This document shows positions 22,801 to 37,330 of a DNA stretch of 64,000 nucleotides, piece after piece. The notes beneath the pieces were generated by a model that saw nothing but the letters and a program-made list of their open reading frames with translations, did not search any database and was not told the origin of the DNA. The stretch is from Camelus ferus (Eukaryota): NCBI RefSeq assembly GCF_009834535.1, contig NC_045698.1:6636001-6700000 (forward strand). The letters are read 5' to 3'. Both the position numbers and the translations under genes were made by a program. The stretch's first letter is position 1, and each line of letters begins with the position of its first letter.

Positions 22801-25800
22801 GGTATATGATTATTTCCAAGATATCTTTACTCAGGAAAACAAATCCATCATTGTGTTAAAAGCAAGAGACAAGTGAAGTCCACGCCAGCCTCACCATAGT
22901 ATCTCTTTATAGTTTTAAAGGCAAAAGATAATGTTGACATCCCCTTGCTCAACAGGTGCCAATACTTGCCTTGATGCATCCCATAGAGACAAATGTAAAG
23001 GACGGGTCCTCTCCAAAACAATGCAGATACTCTGTTCCACCAAAAGCAGTGGCAATTCCTTCAGTTAAACCGTCCTTTACAACTCTGTGCCCGCTTTCCC
23101 TTCTCTGACAGGGCAATTCAGAGGACAGGGGTTTCCAAGGAATTGTCAGTGTCGAAGGGACAGTGGGGAAGAGGAGTCTCAATTTAGCCTGCTTAATTTT
23201 TTTTCACAAAATTTGTTTTCCCCTGATGTACTGAATATTCGTTCGTTTACTCATCAATGATCAGCAGCCCCGCCCTTGCTCCCACACACTCTAGGATGTC
23301 GGCTCCTGTATCCCCGGCACGTCATGGGCACTAAGTGGTTCCTGAATGAACATTTGGGTAAGAGTAAAGTCACGTAATGAAGAATGTATAACTGCAGATC
23401 CTGATAAAACGCACTTCGTGGGAAGCTTAAGGATGATATCGTTATGGGAGTTTATCCCACAGAAGCACTAGAACTGTCCACTGCGAAAGACTGTGAAAGC
23501 CATGAAGCAGCTACCTGGAACACTGATGCTGCAGTGAATGCAGCCCCCCAAATAAGATTTTGTGCATTTTCAGGTCATAAAACAGGTCCAATTTAACCCA
23601 GTTAAGTGGCAGCATCAACATCTGCAACTCGGAGTTGCTGGGATCTGAAGCGTACGTCCTGTCCCCTCAGTGCACCAGCCTGCCCACCAGCGGTCAGCCC
23701 CAAATCACCGTCCCGGGGCCCCGGTAACTTGCCTAAAGAAGGCTGAGGTTTTAGGAAAACTACTTTGGTTCCTCACTTTTTTTTATTTTTTGGCCTACAT
23801 TTCCATAATTTATAGACTAGTCCATGAGACTATGTTAAGAGCCAAAAAAAACCACGCACACCCTGCTGCCAGTTACCAGGAAGAACCATATTCTGAGCAG
23901 CCTATTTGAGATAATCACTGTTCATTTACGTTTTAATATGCATGAAAAAAAGGCCTCAAAATAGCCTTGCACATGAATCCAATATTGGTCTTTTAAATTA
24001 GTTAATCTAGTATGGGCTTCCAAATGCAATGCCTTATTAAGGAGAGCATCACGGGGTGCCATTTTTCTTTCCCCCTTTAGCTTAGTGTATTCGAGACTTA
24101 AAAGGGAGACGATATTTCTCTCTGAAACACTTGGAGCTAGCGAAATCAACGTGTGTGACAAGAAGACAGTCAGAGTTCACGTTTGATAGAAAACCATGAG
24201 TTCCCAATGGTAACCACCCTGTATATGTATTTAACACCAGAGGTTTCTCAAGGAATACATCACCGTTGCTCATACTGCCCCCAAAGCCATTATGCTCCAG
24301 TATCTTATCATTCTTACTTTTTAAAAAAATATCTGCATATTTTTTGATGCTTGCTGTCTTTCCATGACATTTTCAAATACAGAGTCCACCCTCTGTGGAC
24401 ACACTCCCTTGGGGATACAGGCTGCTGTCATATCAATGATGGGAGATGTATCCAGAGCTCAGGCCACTACTTTCTAGGACATGCCAATAATTGGGCACTC
24501 CTGGCTAGTGCTCAGCATCAGATGGACTCTACTGTATCCTAGGTGGTAAGCTCTGTGTTGGTCATTGAGATACAATGCACGCAGAGATGTGTCCACGGAT
24601 GGATACAAGGCATCATCTCATGTTAACTGCACGGAAGCCAAGGGCAACCCGCTGAGCACAGTCCATCTGATCCTGAAAATCACTTGTAGGTCCCTGGAGT
24701 TTAGACTCCAAAGGAAGGGAGCCAGTAATGGTCATTGAACTGCCCCTGTATTCTCCTCAACTGAAAAATAACAGCTGATTTTTACATTATTGAGTAATTG
24801 AAAATGACTTCTGTGCCCTTAATATGTTTCCATTGCCCCAAAACATTTTTCTATTGGTATTATAAAAAAAAAAAAAACTTGGTAACTAAGATAGCACAGA
24901 GAGGACCATTTTTCACATTCTGTTGTCATCAGAGATTCACAGTCACCTTATCTGTGCAATGGGCTGTCATGGATGCCTTGGCCGACTCCTCACTCAGGAC
25001 AGAATGGAGACTGGACAGAGATGACAGATGCTGGCTTGGGATGCTCATGGCTCCTCCCAACCACCCTTCCTAATACACTCCATTTCAAAGGTGTTTTAAA
25101 CAGGTATTCCCAAGGAATAGACACATCACTGTGCTCTAGGAAAGTGCTTCTTTTCCACTAGGTCAGAAAGAGAAATGAGGAGGGAAGGGGCAGAAGGCCA
25201 CCTGGGAACTGTGCAGGCCACAGCTCTGCCTGGAGCTCTCAGGCTCTCAGGCTCAGCCCCCTCTCTGGAACCAAGGTGAGCACCAGAAGCTTCCCTGAGC
25301 TCACACCAGCCTGTGAAGCCAGGGGTCATCCCCTAAGCCTGAGAGTTCCTGGGCACCGGGGAGCTGCTGGCCGGTCCTCCTCTAGTGCTTCCATATTTGC
25401 TTCTTTCATACAGGCTGCATGATCTTTTCCCAGATTGGTCTCTCCTCAACAGGGAAGGGGTCAGGTCAAGATGAAGGCAGAGGTTTGCAGGGAAATGGGT
25501 GAAAAAGGAAGTTTTGCCCACTTGAAGATTCAGTTTCTGATCCAACAACAAATGTTATCTTTGCTTTGGATGGGGTTGAGGGCTGGGAGAAGAGGAAATG
25601 GAGGGGACAGGGCAGAAGGTGGAGACTACACTGGACTCTGGCAAAGGTGCAATAAGGAGCTTCTGTACCTGGCCTTGGCCTTGGCTTCTGTCCTCTCATT
25701 TCCCTCTGGACCTACCAGATGGTAAATGCTCAGAAATATGCTTCAGGTGTTCCCAAGCTCCCTGCTGTCAACCAACGAATCTTACAATGCTTAATACAAA

Positions 25801-28800
25801 GTTAACCTCAATGAAATGAGTTATCCATTCATCTAGAATTGAGAAACCATTTCCTGAAATTGGGTGCAATCATTGCCCACAGAGTACAAATTCTGGGCCC
25901 ACTCTCAAGATGCATTTGTTACCTGTATTCAAAAGAGAGTTTCTAGAATCACAGCACAATTATGAAAATATATTTGAGAGCATCATTATCATAAATAAAC
26001 ACAAAAAGTCTAAAATATGGCAATGCCACCAGAAAGGAAAATGATTTTCAATTCATCTTCCATCCAGCTCTTTGGAGAAAATTACAGCAAATTTTGTCAT
26101 ATTTTATGTCAGTTCAGAAATAAATTTTAGAAGCCGTCATACAAGTTTCTGGAAGCTACAACATTGTTTTAAAAGACAAAGTTGCAGTTATTCCTCAACT
26201 GGCTCAGACTCCTCCTGTGTGGATCCTGACACGGAAGGCACTTTGTCACTGAGGTATGGCCACTGAGGAGATGTGGTGCCTACAGGTCCATTTCCCAGCC
26301 CACAGAATGGCACCAGGGAGCAAAGCCACATGGAACAGTAGATGAGCTCAGATCACAAACTCTTCAAACAGGTATTGTCTGTAGCTGCTCACTTCCCATG
26401 GGTGTGTCATCCAAGTACTACAACAACCAACTCCGACCCAATAAACACAGCGCACCAGGGGCTGTCATGAGTCAAGACTGGATAGCTGGAGTTGAACTTC
26501 AACCATAACACCAAAGGTGATGCTGAGCACGGCTGGGGCTGGGTTGGGTTTAGCGTCGGCGTATGTTTTCGTTCGGTATTTATTTTGTGTATTTGTTCTG
26601 TGTAGATGATTAACAGTTACAGAATTCAGTCTATCAAACAGATATATTAGTTACTGCAGGCGAAAAGGAACGTAATGAAAATGCATGCCTGTGCAATTAT
26701 GATAATGATGCCACAACCAGATGAGCAAATGCAAAGCAGTGGGTGTAAATATAAGCCCAGAAAGGTCCCAGTCATTCCGGGGGGGTGAAACGACGCTTGT
26801 GCTTTTGTGGTGCCACCTGGTGGAGCCAGGAAGGCGGGAGCGGTGGGTCATAAAAAGGGATGACTGCCCCTCCCATCAGCTCCCAACCCCCCACCAAGAC
26901 CTCACAAGAACACAAAGCATTACTTCTCCTAAAACTTCATAAACCTTATCGAGTAACTAAAAACAATGATTTTAAGGAAAAACATCAAATAGTTTACTGT
27001 TGTTTCTTTATTCTCTTTCTAACCCCACTTGAGTTAATTTCTCTATGTTTAAAAAAGTCATCAAATGCCAAATAAAAAAAGGAACAGATAAAAATAAAGG
27101 TTTATTTGGTAATGCATGCACCGCAAAATCACAGGAATTGCACTATTAGCAATGACACAAGGGGTTGCCGCCTGTGGAACACGAAGGCTTCATTGATCGG
27201 ATTATCAGGATATTTGGTTTATTCTTCCCCCATTAAGCTGCAAGCTATGTGAGATCAGAGGAACACCTACCATAACTCTGGATATCAGTCAATGCCTTCC
27301 TACAGTAGGCTCCATAAATAATCTATGTAGGAGCATAAAGTTTGATAACTGACTTCTTTTCATGATCCAGAAATGGAAACTTGAATCCTTTAGCATTTTA
27401 TTTTTCTGTTATCACTAAAAATAAGGAAACTACAGCCATCACAGATAAATAATAAAAGCACAGTCATCCATACACGAATATCATCATTACCTTCAAAAGC
27501 ATTTCAATTTCTGGTTATGTACCATTAACTTCCACCCACTAGTAACAAAAAGCAAACTCCAAATGGATTCCAGCGGACAGAGATTCTTCCATCCCACAGT
27601 AAGGTGACAAGAAAAAACTGAGACAAGAAAGTGTAGGAAAAGAGAGGGAAAAAAGGGCCAAATCTAGTGCTGTCCTGAAAAAGGAAAGTTTTATTTTACA
27701 GGAATAGGTATGTAAGAAAATAGAAAACAGTAAGGAGAAAATGGATGGGATGTGACACTCCATTAGCAAGCATCCATCTGTTACGCATATTTTAATATCT
27801 TCTGCGTCACCCTGCAGCACTGCACATGCAATTAAGAAGAAATTGCAAAGCCATTGTTTTTGAATAAGTAGTTGTCAACAAGCCGACCACACAGAGCTAG
27901 ATGCAAATCACCAAGTCAATTTAGCGCCAGTTTCTAAAGTTCTGATTAATCCTCAACTTGTTCTGTGCTATTATAATGCATTATTAAATGCAATGCACGG
28001 CTCGGACCCCATCCTTTGTAAAGTCACCACACACTGACGGTGACGGTGAGACGGATGTCAGCCCCAGGAAGCCTCTGGAGCGATATTCGTTCCCCATGAC
28101 AAGAAGACTTCTGTTGGTGAGACACATGGGCAGAGCCATCTGCCAGAACACCAGACCTTCCGAAGGTTCCAATCACGCTCGCTCTTGATGTGTGCGTGCA
28201 TTTTTAATCAAAGCATGCCTTGCTGTTCAATCCAGAACACTCATTTTCTCCCGACTGATCCAGACACCACCCCGTCCACCACCGGGACTGCACTGAGCTG
28301 GTCCCGGGGGATGTCGTACAGGGACCCACACAGAGATGCCCTGAGAAAACCCAGGACACCCAGCTAAGTGTGTATTTCAGATAAACAGCCAACAGCGTCA
28401 CAGTAGACCTATGTCCCATCAACAGTTGCGATACACTTACACTAACATATTTGCTAACGCGGGCAGCACCTTGTACAACTTCGGGTTGGGGTCTGTGCCT
28501 GGCCCTGCCTACGCTGCTTGTTTCCAAGAGGAAGACCTTGGCGGATGGAGTTCCAAGTCCACTGGTGCCCTCGTGTGCCTCCCCCTGCCCTTCTGGTGCT
28601 TGTTAACACATCGTTTCTAAGTTGGGCCTTTACTCCATAAGAATCTTCCATCACTATCTTCAGAAACTAAACTGTAATTAAAGATCAAACTAAATTAACC
28701 CCCTGGTGAAAGAATTAACTATCCCTGCCTTTATTAAAAAAACAAAACAGAACAGAACAAAACAAAACAAAAAACCTAGACACTGATTTAATGGCCACTG

Positions 28801-30029
28801 GACGAAGCTAGAATTTCTTACACTGATTTTCTTGATTATTTATCATGATTTCATACAAAGACCACAGGAAAAATTAATTAGCATCATTCTGCGACAGCTT
28901 TTCTCCAATTAAAACATGCTCGATTCACAAAATACATTAGCTGTTCCATAGAACTGTGTCAAAATGGCTGCCAACACAATTTAATCTCTAACCTGTTGGA
29001 ATTATAATATACCACAGAAATGAAATCTACATATATTTACATTTTAAAACACAGGATGCTGAGATAAGAGTCTAAATTGCTGGTAAATTACCATTTACCC
29101 TAAAGATAATCAAAAGACATGTGTCTGTATGAGTGTGTGTGTGTATAAATTACTATATGAAGTATATGTACATAAACATAGATACACATTCTTGAGTCTT
29201 TTTCAATGTGCTGAATTTTTTAAAAAATAATATGAAGTGGGCAAAGGAAAGCATCCAAAAGCCAAGTCTGCAATTGGAGGAGCTGAGGAACATGGTGCAG
29301 ATGGCAGGGCTGCCTTCTTAATACTCCTTCTCTCCTTCCCCACAACTCAACCATCGACCCTCCTCAATGGTCCTTGGGTCAGCCATGTGCCCACCTCCCC
29401 TTCCCTTGCTGTCAGGGTGACCCCGGATGGTTCAAGACCCCTGGGAGGCCAGCAGCAGGCACTGGGTGGAACTTCGGGAAGCTCTTCAAGAGGAGGAAGG
29501 ACTGGTCTGCCCTCCTCATTGCTGCCTCCCCCTCTTCCTGCTGGAATACAGGCTCTCAGCTAGAGGTGGAGCAGCCTTCTTGCGCCCTCCAAGTGCCCGG
29601 CATGAAGACAGAAGCCACAAACCAAGGGTGGCCGAGGGAAGGAGGGAGGACCTGGGTCCCAAAGGCCACCCCAGGAGCTCTGGACAAGCAGCGTGCTACA
29701 TGCCAACACACATGTGAGCTGGCTAAGTTGTCATCAGTTGGGTGTGCGGGTGCCTGCCGCTGAACACTGCCCAAACTGCTACAGAATGGGAGGCTGAAAA
29801 AGCTCTGCTCATCTACCTACAGAAAGGCACGTGTTCAATTTCTAGATTGTTCTACTGTAATTCTTAAACATTAAGATGGACTTCAGGTATGGATTTTTTT
29901 TTTCATGGTACAAGCCAATATTGAAAACAATCAAAGCTACCAGAGGTACCAAAACAAACATCTAACTGTGAGCATTCAGAGCAAACTCACTCTCGGCCTT
30001 AGAAGAGGCACAAAGTGTTACATGTAACA

Positions 30030-30183
30030 TAAGCTGCAAGGGTCTGGGGCACAAAACAGGGAATGCAGCCAACAGTTTACAATAACTATGAACGGAGCAT
30101 AACCTTCAAAACTTGCAAATCGCCGTCTGGTACACCTGTAACTTACATTAATACTGTGCATCATCTATATGTCAATACAAAAC
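30030..30183 (+). mobile_element. L1 3' end fragment
   Basis: acagggaatgcagccaac...acaataactatgaacggag...tacacctgtaactta...ctatatgtcaata. Confidence 0.6.
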
Positions 30184-33100
30184 CTGTAAAAGATGTCATT
30201 TTTTAAATAAAACTGGCAGTAGTGCAGAGGCATTTGAAGGGTCTGAGCTAAGAGCTGAGGCTGGATGCCGCATAGATAGCTTTTCCTGGAGGGTAGAATT
30301 TACTACTCTGTAGCAGTTCAAACAGAGGACAGGAACCCTTCCAAGCACGTCAGCATTTAAATAAAAGCAGGAGCAGCCCCCCGTCTGCAACACGGACCAA
30401 GCTGCGTTCACATCAGAGGACTCATTCTCACCGATACACGTGCACATCAGAGGCACCAGGTGGCCCACGGTAAGAAGGCCTAGCTGTACCAGCACGCTCC
30501 TGAGCACGCGTGATGAAGGAACCAAGACATCACGTCACGTGATGGTGAGGCTGCTGGGATCGGCAGCAAACCTCATGGCAGAGACAGCGGAGAGCTGGCC
30601 CGGACTCCCTCCCCGCCCTGCGTGAGCGTCTCAAGACCCCCTGCGTCTCAGGCTTACAGAGTTTCCACTGGCTTCCTCACGTGTCAGCCAGCCTCCCCCT
30701 GTGCAAGGAAACACGTGCGGAGCTTGTCACCTGGCACACTCCCAGCAAAACCAGAGAGCCGGGTCCTGGGGGGAGGCCCCCGGCACCGCAGCCTCAGCTT
30801 TAAGGAGAGAGACGAGTTCAGTCTGAACTCCACCAGGGACCAGCTACTCGGGAAAACAGGAGTGATTCTGTAATTAAATACCTTTCCCAGAGGGTCCTAC
30901 CTGGGGGCTGACAGGGGAAGGGGGAGGAAAGAGAAGCCAAGATGGAAAGGCAAGGGTGGGGGACAAACAGACTTTGTTCCGTTCTCAGATTTCCTGAATA
31001 TTTTCCCAAAGGGACACTGAACAGTAAGCCCGGACTCAACCAGGATTGCAGTTTCCCTCTAGAGAAGACCTCTTCTTGATCACTATGCACCGTGCTTTGC
31101 ACATGGTACGTGTCCAAATAATGACAGTGCAGAGAACAGGTGACTCCCTGGAACAGAGCTGTCAGTACAGGAAACAGTCTCTGGCTTCTCCTGTATTGAA
31201 ACAAACAAAAAGGAGTGAGGAAGAAAGTGCATACTCAAAACCTTCTGAATAATCCCAGCCACCTGCAGGACTAGGAGTGCCTGAGAGGGGCCCTTCGGAT
31301 CTGCACGCCCCACGGGAGGGAGGTTTCTCTAACACCACCCGGTGCCCTGCTGGGGGCATGAGTTCTTCTCCACATAGGCTAACAGCGGGAGCTAAGGCAG
31401 GAGTGAGGGCTTCTGCTGAGAAGAGGAGCCTGGAAAAGCCAAAGGACCCCCTGCACAGGTTATTCCTGGACACTCACAGCAAACTGAAGGGGAAAGCTTG
31501 TTCTGGACCCGAGGGCTGGTGTTCTCAGAGACTATGTACTTCCATGAAAAACTCCCAGAAAGTGGATTTCAAAGCCAAACACAGAAGACAGGTGTCACAA
31601 TGCCCAAGTCCATTCGGTTACTATATACCACTGAGCAGACTGCCCACATCCTGGGCTGTCCTTGAATGCTCTGAAATTCATGTGCATTATTTCAAATCAC
31701 ATCCTGAAGTTGTGTATGTTCAAAATTTAAAAATAAACACCTTCCAATGGGGGACATCTTGTGACAGATGAAAGTCAGCACAGGGGTCCTGCTCTTAAAT
31801 GACATCACTCTTGACTAAGGATAGAGGCGTTCACTTCCCAGACACCAGGGATATTATTAAATGGCTTGCTGTCATGGGACAAAGATTGAGTCATTGATTT
31901 CCTTAAAACCCAACAGCACTTGGTATCCTTTAAGACAGGAAACTGTCCAGATGCTTGGCATAGAGAAAGCATCAATAAATGACAGTTGACGTTAACTATG
32001 ACCATTAAAGGATGTTAACTGGTTACAGAATATGAACTGTAATCTTCTCCATGTTAACGTTCTTAAGCCAAGAAAACACAAATGTTCATTTTTACAGTTT
32101 ACACACAAGACGTCAATTCTTTCAAATAAAGTCCTCACTTTGCAAATGTTGGAGCATCTACTGTTTTCCAGAAACTTCTGCCAGCCCCAGAAATGCATAG
32201 GAAGCAAGACAAAGCCCCTGTTCTCACAAGAGGATGGATGCATGTGAGGTTACAAAGAGTAAACCAATAAATGCATAGACACATGGTATAACAGTGGGTG
32301 ATAGTAAGTGCTAAGAAGGACGGGGTTTAATGAGGGACAGAGTGCTGCCAGGTCAGACCACAGATGGAGCCGGTCAGGAGAGCTGCCCCAGAGGGGGTGA
32401 TACTGTGGGAGAACCCTTCCTGAAGGAAAGCAGGAGCCACTGCATCACCTGGTAGCTCAGGGATAAGCATGTGGGTGAGTGTGGCTGGGGACCAGTGGAA
32501 AAAACCAGAGAATGAGGACACAAAAGGGGCCAAGGGCCAGGCCATGTGAAGCTCTGTCACTGGTGAGTCCTGAGCAGAGGTGCCATATTGGTACTGATGA
32601 CACTGATGGGTTACATCATGGCACCGACTGAATGACAAGGAGCAATTTGTTGGGTTCCTTTTTCAACCCAGCCTCATTTTTCAATCGATCACCTCCTCCA
32701 AAGGCTCCGACATCCCCATTTTCAGATTCCCCTGTGTGTGGCGTAGCAAACAGCTTCATGTCCAGTCACCTCCAGCTTTCCTATAACTGCATTTTTGATG
32801 GAAATCAAAAATCATCACCTAGTAATTTCTCTTGACCAAAACTGTAACCAAGTTCAGAATGCTGAAGAATCAAAAGTCTAATTTAGCTTCGCTATTCATC
32901 TTCTGTTTGGGCAGAAATATAAAATAACATGTGGGGAAAAAAGTGTCCTGGAAACATCCAGTATTGCTATAATAATGGTAAGCAATTTCACATGCGGGGA
33001 CTCAGGATGCAATGCCCAATCTCCTCCTCCTATCTGGATCTGGCTCCCATTTTATTAGTCACAGAAGGCAAAAGCATCTTGCTTTCAACAGAGAACTCAT

Positions 33101-35829
33101 TTGGGCTTGGCTTATCCAATGAAGAAATCCATTTAGTACAATTTTTTAAATTACGTTTCACATATGACTCAAACTTCCAAATTACAACCTCACTTCATCA
33201 GTGATTTTCACTAATTGCCAGTGGGAGGTCTCGGATACAGCTTCACTGTTCGGGGGAACAGGAAATAGTCTGTAAGACAGATGGCAGCCTCATCTCCTCC
33301 TCGGGGGCAGGTCCGCAGGTTGTCAGCCTCTTTGATGACAAGGCGGAGGCACTTAAACCTCCTGGAGGCCATTTGACTTCCCTGAAGCACTGAGAGGAGA
33401 GTGGCTTAACTGCCCCCGTCCAGAAGGTGGAACCAGCAGAGAGCCAGGGCCCACACACAACTGACCACCGTCCTTGAGGACTGAGGACCCCAGGGAGGGA
33501 GAAGGTTGGCCCGTGGCACCCAACCCACCTCGGCAGGCAACTTTTCCAGGAGGAAGACCGGATTCCTAAGGCTCAGACAGTGATCTCTTTTGTAACAGCT
33601 ACAGAGAGATCCAGTGGAAGCTCATGGATGGGGGAACAGTTTTCCTCCATGGTTTTGGGTTCCCCAGTTTCTAATTTCAGGGATCACTGGTAAGAGAGGT
33701 CTCAAAGAGAGCAATCAGAAATTTATCCTGGTAGATTAACTGTCACCCAAACAACTCTTCTCCATGCTCACCAAGAACAGAGCCAGATGAAAAATGCCCA
33801 AAGTAAAACCAGAGAGAGTGAGCCGCTATCGAGAGAATGGTACCCTGGAGAGAGGGGGGTTCTCAACCTTACGTGAAACTTTCAGGTGTAATTAAATCAA
33901 CACATTCTCCCAAAGGAATTGACATGATGGCTGCAGACAGATGAAAGAATAGAAGGGACCAGATAATTCAGGCTTCCTATTACAGTCATTTAGAGATGGA
34001 TTTAGTGCTAGACAAGGGCTGATTTAGTTTAAAAGTTTAATTTTACATTAGCTGTAATGGGGACACTCTTTAAGCAAACCACATGGATTGTTTTAACTTC
34101 AAATCATTGATTGGGAGTTGCCAAAAGTACCTGAAGTCTTAGTTTGTCCATGTCTCCATTTAACTGCTATAAAGTTGATTAATGCATATTTAAGGTTCTC
34201 AGTTTGTTAAACAGAGGTGCTGTTTAATGAATTATTTTTTAACCCAATGTCAATACAAAAGGTGTTTTTCTTTTTTTTTTTTTTTTCCTAAATTTTGGTT
34301 TGGGCTGCAAATAGCTATCAGCAGACAGTCTTACATGGTCCAGGTTTTAGAGAGATGACTGCCCAGAATCCCACTCGAGGCAGAGGCCATATTTAACGTA
34401 CAGTGAAGAGCATCCCCACAGGGCAGGGTTGAAAGGAAACGCCCTGAGGGTCCAGCAGCATCAAAATAAGAGATAGGAAGTTGAGAAAGGTGGGGAACCT
34501 CTGTGTAGCTTTGTTGTGCCCCTTACGAACTGTGGGTAGAGATGCCAAGTACGCACATTGAGAAGGGGATGAATTCCATCAAAACAACTTCTTGAGACAC
34601 CAAGGCCAACTGGGAGCTTCCGGAGCAGCAGATCCCAGTGATGAGGTCCTGGAACAACTCCCAGGAGCCCATGATCACGTGGAGGTCCTCCCTCCCACCC
34701 GCATGCCATCCCAGGATCACCACATTTCTTGCAGGGAGCCCTCCGCTGCAACTTCTCGGAAGCATGAGCGTGTGACAAAATCACCTTTAAAATTAAATAA
34801 TTACTGAGTATTTGTTAAAAGCTGGTCATTTTACAAGTTTTCTACAACCAATAATAGAATGAAATGGGTGTCAAGTCCCCATAGAAAAATGTCTGCTCTT
34901 GTTAGAAACGGGATGGAAGTAGTGAGGTAGCAGAGGGGTTCTTTTAATGGAAGTAAAATAATGGTAAAAACGACATGGTCGTGTTCTATCACTATTAGAT
35001 CTAATTACGTTTTATTGCCATAATCAAGGGGCACATGCTTTGGAGAGACTGAGTTTTTACCATCGCCCCAGAGCACCAGGCCTTCGCCCCCATTACCTTC
35101 AAGTCACTTACAGTTAAAACCATCCCGGAATATCCAGTGCAGATTTACACGTTAACTAGTTCCTTGGAGAGAGGGGCTGCGAGCAGTCTGAGAACTCAAA
35201 TGCCATCTGGCGCAGCGTGGCTTCCTGTTAGCAGTTTATCCGAATGCCATCGGCTTGTTTCCCACACGTGCCTCAGTCACCTTCTTCAGAATAAATCGCC
35301 TCTCCCGTCAAACCTGCTTTTCCGTGTCTTCTACACAGTATGGTTACAGGTGCTTATTACTTTGTGCAGCAGGTCCTCCTGAGGTCTTCCCTCATTTCTC
35401 AGCTCTCATATTTGATGCGACATCTATAAAGCCCGTGACATAAATCCTCAGTCGGCGCAGGGAGGGAGGGGGGAGGAAACAGACTCCTGCAACTGCCACC
35501 CGGTGACCCAGGCAGGACCCAGCTCCCAGCCTGGAAGTGTCCACCGTGGAAAGCTGTTCTGTCAGCACAGAGAAATTTTAGAAAGGTGGCGTGGGGAGTC
35601 ATCCCTAGAACACGGTCACAAGGCTGTCACGGCACCTGGAGACAGGTGAGTCACTGCACGTGGGTCGTCCTGAGAGGCAAAGGTTTGCGTCCATCCCCCC
35701 GCGCCCCACCGACAGCATCAGCTAACACGCCTTCTCGGGGTTCTCGCCTGGGACGGGCAGCCCTTCTTCTGAGGATCAAGCAGGAAGCCCATGAGTGTCA
35801 GCTCCCTCTTCATCGTGAAGCCCCCTCCT

Positions 35830-36230
35830 CTCCCCACATCCACTGGTCCCCAGATCCGTCCATTGAGCCTCCTAAATTCCTGTTAAGTGGACCATTTCCC
35901 TCTCACCCTCTAATTAAAGCCACCATCATACTGGACTCGGGCTATTGAAGAGGCTCCCAAACTGGTCTCCCTGCCTCCAACCTTGTCTTCCTTCCCCCCG
36001 TTCTCCACGCTGCAGAACAGATGGTTTGCAGAATCCCACAGATGCAAGCCCCTGACACAGGACAGACCCTGGCCGGACAGAACGCTTCCAGCTGCTCCAA
36101 GCTGTCTTGTACCCCAGCCCTTCAGCACGCAGCTCCCTCTGCCTGTCCCACCGCTCCCCCTAGGCCCACTCCCTCCCTCAGATGTCCACATAATGGCCCT
36201 CCTGTTTAAGGCCTTCCCTGAACCCTCCTC
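35830..36230 (+). mobile_element. L2 fragment
   Basis: aagccaccatcat...ctggact...ctcccaaactggtctccctgcctcca...gccttccctgaaccc. Confidence 0.65.
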
Positions 36231-36994
36231 GCCACCTCTCCCCTCTTTCCACACGGAGCCTTCAGTAACCCTCCTCCCACTTCAGTGTAGCTCCCTTGCG
36301 ACTTCCCATCTTCTTTGGCACAACGGAAGTTCTGTGAGATTGTACGGCCATGTCCGTCTAGTCCAGTACTGGGTTTGGTGTGTCTATTTCCGAGTAAGAG
36401 CTTAAAGTTAATAACAAATGCAAAGAGAATTAAAGGACAAAGGCTCAAGATAGCATCTCACTGGCAACCCTAGGGGATGCTCATCAGAACCCTTGTGGAT
36501 CCAACAGTGAAAACAGCATATCTGACAGTGAAATCTCCGCTTCTGAAAGAGAAGAGGCCAAGTTATCTGCCACCATTGGCCAATTCTGGCCACGCAGAAG
36601 CTATAGTGGTAGGTCCAGGAGAAGGTCACCACCTCTCTCCAGAGCTGCATTACTAGCAGGGGAAGGCAGGTGACAATGGAGCTGAGGACCAAGAGACAGG
36701 ATGCGGGCACAGGACTTGGAACGCCCACTTCTGCATTTCTTCCAAGATCCATTAAGTATCCTTTGTCAAGCACTCAGACATTCAACAAAAAGTGCTGAAT
36801 GAAACGGTATTAGTTCTAGAGCCCCTGGGTTTCTCTGCAGGACTGGTGTCAGCCCACCCATGTGGGCCCACGGTGTCACCATTCTAACATTCGAAATTCT
36901 GTAGGAAGTCTCAGAGTTTTATCCAAAAGCTTAGTTTCTGGGAAAGACTATGTGCAAATCAGTTAATCTCACTAAATAGTATCTCTTCAAATGA

Positions 36995-37330
36995 TTCCTT
37001 CAGTCATCCATAAAATATTGACTAACCACGTGCCACTCTTCTAGGAACTGGAGATACATTACTGAGTAAGGCAAGGTGCCTTCAATCATGGACCTTAGTG
37101 CAGAAGACAGAAGAGAAACAATATATAAACTAGAAAGCACATTATTTCAAATAGTGATGGGAGTGAGGAAGGAAATAAAGGCAGAGGGAGAAGCAACAGT
37201 CCTCCCGTGAGAACAGTGACGGGTTATTTCAGGTAAGGTGTCCACAGAAGGACTCTCTGCGGAGGCAATACCCAAGGGGCCAGAGTGATAGGAAAAAATA
37301 ACGTCATGGAATCTGGAATGAACTTTAAGA
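36995..37330 (-). mobile_element. L2 3' region
   Basis: ttccttcagtcatccataaaatattgac...gtgccactcttctaggaactggagataca...aaataaaggcagaggg. Confidence 0.55.

Noticed and set aside
22970..22984. MGCIK resembling the LYN/YES N-terminus
   Set aside because: Only five residues match; the following sequence does not continue as a Src-family kinase and no SH3, SH2 or kinase exons are visible.
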